Shown: positions 26,825 through 34,145 of the stretch, piece by piece
How positions within the stretch are numbered: position 1 is the stretch's first letter
Layout of the letters: every line of letters starts with the position of its first letter
Assembly (NCBI GenBank): GCA_044347165.1
Contig: JBIIXW010000268.1
Location: 15,965 to 79,964, forward strand
Origin: Chthoniobacteraceae bacterium
GTDB lineage: Bacteria > Verrucomicrobiota > Verrucomicrobiia > Chthoniobacterales > Chthoniobacteraceae
DNA: 64,000 bases
Direction: 5' to 3'
Translations under genes and position numbers: made by a program
Notes under the pieces: generated by a model
Databases searched by the model: none
What the model was told of the DNA's origin: nothing
The model's input: only the letters and a program-made list of their open reading frames with translations

Positions 26825-27427
26825 ATGAAACCGCTCTTCATCCTCGCCCTCGTCCTCGCGCTCTCCGGCTGCGCCCTCACGCCGCGCGTCGAGACACCCG
26901 CCGCCGATTCCGACGCGCCTTCGCACGAAGCGCCGATGCCACGCCTCACCGGCGATGATGCCGCCACGCGCAAGACCAGCGAACTGCTCGCCGCCGTCGG
27001 AGCAAACGAACTCGATGCGTTGAAGCCGATGGATCACGCCGCGATGGGCCACGGCGGCGGCGCGCAAAAGCCGGGGATGGATCATTCGCAGCACGGACAG
27101 CCAGCGGTGAAGCCGAGCGGCGGACACGAAGGCATGGACCATTCGCAAATGCCCGGCACGAAGCCCGCCACGCCTGCGTCAGACGCCGCCGCGACCGCCG
27201 CGGAGATGAAAAAGACCGAGGACGAAATGAAACGCGCCGCGGACGAGCTGAAGGCGAAGTCCGACGCGATGAAAGCCAAGCCGGGCGCTCAGCCCAAAGC
27301 CACGTTGCATGTCTGCCCGATGCACCCCGAAGTGAAGTCCGACAAACCCGGTACCTGCCCGAAGTGCGGCATGGCGCTCAAGCCCGCCGCGGCCAAGCCG
27401 GGCACCGACCCGCACGCGCACCACTGA
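26825..27427 (+). CDS. Lipoprotein with Met/His-rich copper-type motifs and a C-terminal heavy-metal-binding domain
   Basis: Lipobox 'LALSGC'. Repeated 'MDHAAMGHGG', 'GMDHSQHG', 'GMDHSQMPG'. C-terminal '[26 protein letters not shown]' and 'DPHAHH'. Confidence 0.7.
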   Translation: MKPLFILALVLALSGCALTPRVETPAADSDAPSHEAPMPRLTGDDAATRKTSELLAAVGANELDALKPMDHAAMGHGGGAQKPGMDHSQHGQPAVKPSGGHEGMDHSQMPGTKPATPASDAAATAAEMKKTEDEMKRAADELKAKSDAMKAKPGAQPKATLHVCPMHPEVKSDKPGTCPKCGMALKPAAAKPGTDPHAHH

Positions 27428-27428
27428 C

Positions 27429-28868
27429 ATGAAGAGACCACTTTCTTGCTCACTGCTTCTCGTCGCGGCGCTGCTCGCCGGTTGCGCGAATCCGCAGCGC
27501 GATTTCGACGCCGTGCAGCGCGATGTCGCCGCGCGCACCGGCGGCAAACGGCTCCACTGGCAGCGCGGCGGCGCGTCCGATGCCGAGGCGCAGCGCAGCG
27601 TGCAGGCTCTGCTGAAGCGCACGCTCACCGCCGATTCCGCCGCGCAAATCGCGCTGCTCAATAATCGGGACGTGCAGGCGGAACTGGAGGAACTCGGCAT
27701 CGCGCGGGCAGACTATTTGCAGGCTCTCCTGCCGCGTAACCCGGAGTTCAGCTTTCATCGGGACTTTTCCAGCGAAGGCAGATCGACGGAGTTCAGCGTC
27801 GTCGGCGAGGTGATCGACCTTCTGCTTCTCCCGTTCCGGCAAAAAGTCGCCTCGGCCCAGCTTGAGCGGGCGAAGCTCAAGACAGCGAGCGAAGTGCTCA
27901 GCGTCGTCTCGGAGACGAAAGAGGCGTTCTACACGTTGCAGGCGAGGCAGCAGTTGCTCGGCAGGCTGAAGCTCATCGCGACGACGAACGAGGCCAGCCT
28001 CGATCTCGCGCAGCGCCAGCACGAAGCGGGAAATGTGACCGACCTCGACCTCACCAATCAGCAGGCACTCTACTCGCAATCCAAGGTCGATGTCGCCCGC
28101 ACGCAGGCGCAGATTCGCTCGGATCGCGAACGGCTGAATCGCTTGATGGGATTGTGGGGGCCGGCCGTCGGCTGGCGTGTTGCCGATCAGCTTCCGCCGG
28201 TGCCCAAGAGCGAACGGTCGCTCGCGGGTTTGGAAAAGCGCGCGGTCGAAGAGCGGATCGACATCGCCCTCGCGCGGCAGAGCGTGGAGGCCGCGCGCGT
28301 GGGGCTGGCCGTGCGTTCCGGCACTCGCTTCACGCCGATCAGTATCAAGGGCGGCATTCACGCGGAGAAGGAGCCGGACAGCGCGCAACGCAAAGGTCCA
28401 ACCGTGGACGTGCAGTTGCCGCTGTTCGATTTCGGACAAGCGGCGATCCCGAAGCTCCAAGCGCAATATCGCCAGGCGCAGCACCGACTCGAAGCTCTCG
28501 CTGTGAATGCGCGCAGCGAGGTGCGTGAAGCGCGCGATCTCGTGATCGCGAATCGCGACATGGCGCGCTTCTACGAGAAGACGCTGCTCCCTCAACGGCT
28601 GAAGATTCTCAACCAGACGCAGCTCTTCTATAATGCGATGCAGGTCGGCCCGATCGACTTGCTGGCGGCGAAGGAGCGCGAGCTGGAAACCGAGCGTCGC
28701 TATATCGAAGCGTGGCGGGACTACTGGCTGGCCCGTGTGCAACTCGAGCGCGCGCTCATCGGCACCGGCGGAGCGGGCGGAGGAATGTCCCAGCGCGGCG
28801 GAGGCGGAAGCGAAGAGCGCGGCACCTCCGGCGGGAACAGCGGCGCGACGGCCGCGGATGCTGACTAA
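27429..28868 (+). CDS. TolC/NodT-type outer-membrane efflux lipoprotein with no adjacent RND pump
   Basis: 479 aa. Lipobox 'LLAGC' and a two-repeat OEP pattern. The C-terminal tail is Gly-rich. Confidence 0.75.
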   Translation: MKRPLSCSLLLVAALLAGCANPQRDFDAVQRDVAARTGGKRLHWQRGGASDAEAQRSVQALLKRTLTADSAAQIALLNNRDVQAELEELGIARADYLQALLPRNPEFSFHRDFSSEGRSTEFSVVGEVIDLLLLPFRQKVASAQLERAKLKTASEVLSVVSETKEAFYTLQARQQLLGRLKLIATTNEASLDLAQRQHEAGNVTDLDLTNQQALYSQSKVDVARTQAQIRSDRERLNRLMGLWGPAVGWRVADQLPPVPKSERSLAGLEKRAVEERIDIALARQSVEAARVGLAVRSGTRFTPISIKGGIHAEKEPDSAQRKGPTVDVQLPLFDFGQAAIPKLQAQYRQAQHRLEALAVNARSEVREARDLVIANRDMARFYEKTLLPQRLKILNQTQLFYNAMQVGPIDLLAAKERELETERRYIEAWRDYWLARVQLERALIGTGGAGGGMSQRGGGGSEERGTSGGNSGATAADAD

Positions 28869-28886
28869 CCCTCAACTCACAAAGCC

Positions 28887-30389
28887 ATGATCGACCGACG
28901 CAAATTTCTCACTGGCACTGCCGCTCTCGCGGGCAGCGCGACCTTGCTCCAGCGACTGCAAGCGCAGGATCGCGCAACCACCAACTCTGTCCGCGCCAAT
29001 CAAACGCTGCTCGAGCGCATCGACCCAAGACCCGTGCATCCACCGGGCGAGCCGGGCAAAGACTACACGCCCGTCATCACACCGAACGGCGCGGCTCTGC
29101 CGTGGAAAATCGTGGACGGTGTGAAGGTATTTCACCTCGTCGCGGAGGAAGTGGAACACGAGTTCGCACCCGGCATCCGCGCGAGCTGCTGGGGCTATAA
29201 CGGGCGCGTCCACGGGCCGACCATCGAGGCCGTGGAAGGGGATCGCGTGCGCATCTACGTGACCAACAACTCACCCGCGGGCACGAGCGTGCATTGGCAT
29301 GGCATCCTGCTGCCCAACGGCATGGATGGTGTCGCGGGGCTGAATCAAAAGGTCATCCAGCCGGGCGAGACTTACGTGTATCAATTCACGCTGCGGCAGC
29401 ACGGCACGCACATGTATCACGCGCATCACGACGAGATGACGCAGATGGCGATGGGCATGATGGGGCTGTTCATCATTCACCCGCGCAACCCGAAGGTGCG
29501 TCCCGATCGCGACTTCGCGTTCATGCTCAGCGAGTGGGAAGTGAAGGTCGGCACGGCGCGGCCGAATCCGAATCAGATGACGGATTTCAATCTGTTCACG
29601 TTTAACGCAAGGGTCTTCCCCGGCACTGAGCCGATGGTCGCCAAGCTCGGCGAGCGCGTCCGCATTCGCATCGCGAGCGTCGCGGTCATGGATCATCATC
29701 CGATCCATCTGCACGGCTATCAGTTTCGGATCGTCGCGACGGACGGCGGGGCGGTGCCGGAATCGGCGCAACAGCCGGAGACCACTGTGCTCGTTGCCGT
29801 CGGGCAGTCGCGCGATGTCGAGTTCATCGCCGATGAACCCGGCGATTGGGCGATGCACTGTCACATGACCCATCACGTCATGAACCAGATGGGCGACAAA
29901 TTTCCGCTTATGATCGGCGTGCCGCCGGGGAAAGGCGACGAGATCACCAAGACGCTGCTTCCTGGCTACATGCCGATGGGCAACGACGGCATGGGCGAGA
30001 TGGGCAAGCATGTGCAGATGGGACACATGAAGGCGCCGCGCAATTCCATCCCGATGGTCGGCGGCGAAGGGCCGTTCGACTACATCACGATGGGAGGACT
30101 CTTCACGATCCTGAAGGTCCGCGAGAATCTCGTGAGCTACGACGATCCTGGGTGGTATCAGCACCCGCCTGGCACTGTCGCCTGGCTGGCCAGCGCCGAC
30201 GAGATGCGCCGGGACGGCGTCACGATGAAGGAGCCCGCCGTTTCCGGCCCCGTGAAATACACCTGCCCGATGCACGCGGAAGTCGTGAGCGCCAAGCCCG
30301 GCGACTGCCCGAAGTGCAAGATGAAGCTGGTCCCGAAAAAATCACCACTCCCCAGCGCACAAGGCGGCAGCGGGCATAAGCACCACTGA
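28887..30389 (+). CDS. Tat-exported multicopper oxidase (CopA/CueO-like) with a C-terminal heavy-metal-binding domain
   Basis: Tat signal 'MIDRRKFLTGTAALAGSA'. Copper ligand motifs 'HWHGILLPNGMDG', 'HPIHLHGYQF' and 'HCHMTHHVMNQM'. The C-terminus carries 'YTCPMHAEVVSAKPGDCPKCKMKLVP' and 'GGSGHKHH'. Confidence 0.85.
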   Translation: MIDRRKFLTGTAALAGSATLLQRLQAQDRATTNSVRANQTLLERIDPRPVHPPGEPGKDYTPVITPNGAALPWKIVDGVKVFHLVAEEVEHEFAPGIRASCWGYNGRVHGPTIEAVEGDRVRIYVTNNSPAGTSVHWHGILLPNGMDGVAGLNQKVIQPGETYVYQFTLRQHGTHMYHAHHDEMTQMAMGMMGLFIIHPRNPKVRPDRDFAFMLSEWEVKVGTARPNPNQMTDFNLFTFNARVFPGTEPMVAKLGERVRIRIASVAVMDHHPIHLHGYQFRIVATDGGAVPESAQQPETTVLVAVGQSRDVEFIADEPGDWAMHCHMTHHVMNQMGDKFPLMIGVPPGKGDEITKTLLPGYMPMGNDGMGEMGKHVQMGHMKAPRNSIPMVGGEGPFDYITMGGLFTILKVRENLVSYDDPGWYQHPPGTVAWLASADEMRRDGVTMKEPAVSGPVKYTCPMHAEVVSAKPGDCPKCKMKLVPKKSPLPSAQGGSGHKHH

Positions 30390-30418
30390 GCCGGCATTTG
30401 AATCAACCAACACACACC

Positions 30419-30535
30419 ATGACCACACGCATCATCACCACTCTCGTTCTCGCCGTCCTCGTCGCCGCCGGCCTCTCGGCCTGCGCAACGAAAACGACGC
30501 CGCATCACTCCGCCACCGGCGCTTGCTGCCACTGA
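30419..30535 (+). CDS. 38-aa putative lipoprotein ending in Cys-Cys-His (below the ORF-track size cutoff)
   Basis: ATG30419 gives MTTRIITTLVLAVLVAAGLSACATKTTPHHSATGACCH*. Lipobox-like 'GLSAC' and a C/A-rich leader. Lies between the multicopper oxidase gene and the DUF3347-like gene. Confidence 0.4.
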   Translation: MTTRIITTLVLAVLVAAGLSACATKTTPHHSATGACCH

Positions 30536-30550
30536 CGCCACGCTGGAGGC

Positions 30551-31096
30551 ATGACCCGCAAAGCACATCCAAAATCGCTGCGGCCCGACCCAGAAGCCGA
30601 GGCGGCGGAAAGGCGAAGGCTGATCCGAATTTTGAGCATCGGCTTCGTCGTCGCGCTCGTGCTCGCTTGCGCGCTGGTCTTCGGAATGGGCCGCACACGC
30701 TTGCTCACCGAGGAAGGCAAAGGAGTCCTTGCCGGTTACGAAAAGGTCCGCGCCGCGCTGGCCGACGATGCGCTGGAACCCGCGAAACAAGCCGCAGCGG
30801 ATCTCGCGCTTCGCTTTGCCGACCGACGGCCAACCGCGCAGCCAGCGCAGGAGATCGCCGCCGCTGCCGACTTGAAAGCTGCGCGGCTCGCGTTCGTGGA
30901 GTTGAGCGAAGACGCGATTCGTCTCGCACGCGGACACGAGGGATACTTCCTCGTGCGCTGCCCGATTCAAAACTGCCCGGAACCTTGCAAGGGGTGTCCC
31001 ATGGCGCACTACGGCCCGTGGGTCCAAGTCGCGCCGGAAGTAGCCAACCCCTACATGGGCCGCGCGCATCTGCGGTGCGGAGTCATCTTGCCATGA
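30551..31096 (+). CDS. DUF3347-like membrane-anchored protein with an added Cys cluster
   Basis: 181 aa with one TM segment. 'GYEKVRAALADDALEPAKQAA...LAFVELSEDAI' followed by 'RCPIQNCPEPCKGCPMAHYGPWVQV...NPYMGRAHLRCGVIL'. Confidence 0.6.
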   Translation: MTRKAHPKSLRPDPEAEAAERRRLIRILSIGFVVALVLACALVFGMGRTRLLTEEGKGVLAGYEKVRAALADDALEPAKQAAADLALRFADRRPTAQPAQEIAAAADLKAARLAFVELSEDAIRLARGHEGYFLVRCPIQNCPEPCKGCPMAHYGPWVQVAPEVANPYMGRAHLRCGVILP

Positions 31097-31148
31097 AAAC
31101 AACCCAACCCCAGCGAGGGATTCCGCCGCGGGCGGTGTGTAGAATCCT

Positions 31149-32036
31149 ATGACGCCGCCTGCACGCGATCCGTCGCCCATCGGCAGCCTGACCGCATCGA
31201 AGATGTATCAGGACTACGCGCGCGCCTTCACCCGTGGAACTGGCCTGCCGCTGACTCTGCACGCGCCGGAGCAGATGCGAGTCGTCGGTTATAGGGGCAA
31301 GCAGGAGAATCCGTTCTGCGCTCTGATGGCGAAGACCAATCAATCCTGCGCTGCCTGCTATGCGCTCCAGCAGCGGCTGGAAGCCGAAGCGCAGCTCGCG
31401 CCGAAAACGCTCAAATGCTTTGCCGGCCTCTGCGAAACTGCGGTTCCGGTGCGCGTGGGCGGCGATCTGATCGCCTTCCTCCAGACCGGGCAAATTTTGC
31501 TGCACCGCCCGGATCGCACCGAGTTCAACAAGGTCGCGCGGACGCTGCTTTCGTTCGGCGCGGAGGTCGATTTGAAGCGGCTTGAGGAAACCTATTTCAA
31601 CACGCGGGTGCTTTCGCGGGAGCAATACGAGGCGCTCATTAGGCTGCTGACGATCTTCGCGGAACACCTCGCCGAGTGCAGCCAGGCGCTCGCGCTGCAA
31701 AGCCAGCCAGAAGAACCGCCCGCCATCGCGCGTGCGCGGTCGATCATCGCCGAAAACGCCCACGATGAGCTGTCGCTCGCGGCGGTGGCGCGAGCGGTGA
31801 ACATGAGCGCGAGCTACTTCAGCGAGAAGTTCAAGGAGGCCACGGGCATCAATTTCGTGGCCTACGTCGGACGCACGCGCATCGAGAAGGCGCGCAACCT
31901 TCTGCAAAACCCGAACCTGCGAATCAGCGAGATCGCGTTTGAGGTCGGCTTCCAATCGCTCTCGCAATTCAACCGCGCCTTCAAACAAGTGACCGGCAAG
32001 GCCCCGACCGAATACCGGCAGTCATTCGCCGGGTAG
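31149..32036 (+). CDS. AraC-family transcriptional regulator with an N-terminal PocR-like sensor domain
   Basis: N-terminal 'NPFCALMAKTNQSCAACYALQ...LKCFAGLCETAVPV'. C-terminal AraC HTH 'LSLAAVARAVNMSASYFSEKFKEATG...ISEIAFEVGFQSLSQFNRAFK'. Confidence 0.8.
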   Translation: MTPPARDPSPIGSLTASKMYQDYARAFTRGTGLPLTLHAPEQMRVVGYRGKQENPFCALMAKTNQSCAACYALQQRLEAEAQLAPKTLKCFAGLCETAVPVRVGGDLIAFLQTGQILLHRPDRTEFNKVARTLLSFGAEVDLKRLEETYFNTRVLSREQYEALIRLLTIFAEHLAECSQALALQSQPEEPPAIARARSIIAENAHDELSLAAVARAVNMSASYFSEKFKEATGINFVAYVGRTRIEKARNLLQNPNLRISEIAFEVGFQSLSQFNRAFKQVTGKAPTEYRQSFAG

Positions 32037-32045
32037 CTCGCACCG

Positions 32046-32798
32046 TTGTTTCCGATGCCCACTGTCATCGCCGCAGTCTGCGGAGCATTGTTCGGGATCG
32101 CTTTCGGCCTGACCGGCGTCGGCTCGATCTTTGCGGTGCCGTTGCTCGTCTATGCCCTCGGCCTGCCGCCGCACCAGGCGGTGTGTGTGGCCATGGTCGC
32201 GGTCAATGTGCTCGCGCTGGTCTCCAGCGTGCAGCGGCTCAAGGCGCGTGAGGTCGCGGTCGGCGACGGTCTGCGAATGGCGGTTCCCGGTTTGCTCGGA
32301 GCGCCGCTGGGCGCGTGGATCGGTACCTATCTCACCGGGCGCACGCTGATGATCGTCTTCGGGATCTTTGTCGGCGTGCTTGCCATTCAGATGCTCGCCA
32401 CCGGCGAACCAAAGCCGACGGCGAATGACTCGCGCGCTCGTTCGTGGCTGCTGATTGCCGCGGGATTGAGCACCGGATTGCTCGCCGGGCTGCTCGGCTC
32501 GGGCGGCGTTTTGATTGTGCCGTCGCTCGTGCTGCTTGGCGGGGTGGCGATTCACCGCGCCATCGCCACTTCGCTGCCGGTCATCTACGCGATCAGCGTT
32601 GCGGCAATTTCCTCTCACCTGCTTGCTGGGCAAACAGTGCCGATGATCGTGGCGGCATGGTTCGTCGCTGGCGGCGCCGTGGGATTGTTCGCCGGAAAGG
32701 CGCTTGGGCAAAAGCTTCCCGGCCCACTCATGCAAAAGGTCTTCGCCTTCGCGTTGCTGGCGGTCGGCGTGTTCATTCTCCTGCGGACACTGCTCTGA
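32046..32798 (+). CDS. TauE/SafE-family (sulfite exporter-like) membrane protein
   Basis: About 247-250 aa (TTG32046 or ATG32055). Multiple TM segments, with duplicated halves carrying 'GLTGVGSIFAVPLLV' and 'GLLGSGGVLIVPSLV'. Confidence 0.7.
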   Translation: MFPMPTVIAAVCGALFGIAFGLTGVGSIFAVPLLVYALGLPPHQAVCVAMVAVNVLALVSSVQRLKAREVAVGDGLRMAVPGLLGAPLGAWIGTYLTGRTLMIVFGIFVGVLAIQMLATGEPKPTANDSRARSWLLIAAGLSTGLLAGLLGSGGVLIVPSLVLLGGVAIHRAIATSLPVIYAISVAAISSHLLAGQTVPMIVAAWFVAGGAVGLFAGKALGQKLPGPLMQKVFAFALLAVGVFILLRTLL

Positions 32799-32955
32799 TC
32801 GCGGAAGCGAGCAGCTTCGCCGCGCCAGGCTTGCCGAAGAAATGCACAGCCTTTCCGGGCGGATGCGTAGCTGCATTCCTGCGTTTTCGCGAGGTTCTCA
32901 GCGTGAAAGGCACGGTGCCGTTCACACGAAACATACCTCAAATCGAAAACATCAA

Positions 32956-33351
32956 ATGAAGCTAACCACACTCCATCTCGCCCTCGCTATCGGAGCGGCG
33001 ATGTTCACCACCTCCGCAATCGCCGGCCCCGGTCCCGGCGGAGGCTGGCCCGCGGGTTTCCCGACCCACGTGAAAACGAAGGAACAAGCTGAAGCGTGCT
33101 GTCTGCCCAAGCAGAAAGTCGCGCTGGCCTGCAAAGACTGCAAAACGGTCAATGAGAAGGGCGGCGAGGACAAGAAGGGCATCCTCGGCTGGTTCAAGGC
33201 CGACTCGACCCACGACTGCTCCGGCTGCGGTGGCAAAATCACCGTCCATCAGCCCCCCGGTGGCAAGGTTCCGGCGATTTCGACCTACAAGCACGTCTGC
33301 TCGAAGTGCGGGCCGGACTCCGCCTTCACCTGCGCAACCCACAAAGGCTGA
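32956..33351 (+). CDS. Secreted Cys-rich protein with three CxxC motifs
   Basis: 131 aa from ATG32956. Signal peptide, then 'AGPGPGGG', 'ACCLP', 'ACKDCK', 'DCSGCGG' and 'VCSKCGPDSAFTC'. C/A-rich leader at 32925-32955. Confidence 0.6.
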   Translation: MKLTTLHLALAIGAAMFTTSAIAGPGPGGGWPAGFPTHVKTKEQAEACCLPKQKVALACKDCKTVNEKGGEDKKGILGWFKADSTHDCSGCGGKITVHQPPGGKVPAISTYKHVCSKCGPDSAFTCATHKG

Positions 33352-33376
33352 TGCCACGCTGAAGTCATCACGGGAT

Positions 33377-33407
33377 GGAGCCGCCCGGCGACTAATCGGG
33401 CGGCTCC
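33377..33407 (+). terminator. Perfect 11-bp GC hairpin after the 32956-33351 gene
   Basis: ggagccgcccg-gcgactaat-cgggcggctcc. Confidence 0.4.
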
Positions 33408-33419
33408 TCCACCAAGGCT

Positions 33420-33788
33420 ATGCCTAGCAAACTGACGCCCATTATTCTCGCGGTCGTCCTCGGGACGTTCTGCGGCATTTCCGATGCGAAGGCGCGACCA
33501 CCGCAGTCGCGTAATGAGCAGGGGCTCATTGAAAGCGTCGATCCCACCGCGCGCGTTCTGCAACTGCGGCGCCCTCATCGGAGCGAGCCGCTGCGACTCG
33601 TCTGGAATGCGCGCACGCGCTTCGTTGCCGGCCAGCATTTCACCAACGCGGATCAGCTCCGCTCCGGCAGAGCTGCGCAAGTCTGGTATCGCACGCCGCT
33701 GTTCGGTGAACGCTTTGCGACGAAGATCGTGTTGCGGGATTCGACGCCCGCGACGCGGCCTGCAAACTGCGGCCGGGGCTGTCTGTAA
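33420..33788 (+). CDS. Small periplasmic protein of unknown family ('SVDP...YRTPLFG'), paralog of 9878-10234
   Basis: 122 aa with a signal peptide. 'GLIESVDPTARVLQL...RTRFVAG...GRAAQVWYRTPLFGERFATKIVL', and a C-terminal 'CGRGC'. Confidence 0.6.
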   Translation: MPSKLTPIILAVVLGTFCGISDAKARPPQSRNEQGLIESVDPTARVLQLRRPHRSEPLRLVWNARTRFVAGQHFTNADQLRSGRAAQVWYRTPLFGERFATKIVLRDSTPATRPANCGRGCL

Positions 33789-33823
33789 GCCAAATACGCC
33801 GCGCGGCTCCACCGCACCCGCCG

Positions 33824-34126
33824 ATGTTCCGGAAACTCAAAACCGTCATGGTCGAGTTAAGCACTCCGCGAGGCTCCGTCTTTTCCGGTCCGGCCGGCGG
33901 CGTGGAAATGCGGACGACGGACGGAGCCATCGCCATCAATCCGCGAGAAGAGAGTTACCTCAACCTGACCCGCACCACGGAGATCACGCTCCGTGTCGGC
34001 ACGGAGTTCCTTCGCTTCATGCTCAAAAACGCCGCGGCGAGCCTCCGCGAAGGTCAACTCACGGTGCTCGCGGAAGAGATCTATGCCGCTGAGATGCCGG
34101 CATGCAGCGCAGAAAGCGACATTTGA
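33824..34126 (+). CDS. Orphan protein resembling the N-terminal beta-sandwich of F-type ATPase epsilon subunit (AtpC)
   Basis: 100 aa. 'VELSTPRGSVFSGPAGGVEMRTTDGAIAINPRE...LREGQLTVLAEE' is colinear with AtpC '[33 protein letters not shown]...VQPGNVTVLADT'. No other atp genes are nearby. Confidence 0.4.
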   Translation: MFRKLKTVMVELSTPRGSVFSGPAGGVEMRTTDGAIAINPREESYLNLTRTTEITLRVGTEFLRFMLKNAAASLREGQLTVLAEEIYAAEMPACSAESDI

Positions 34127-34145
34127 ATTTCGACACATCACACGA

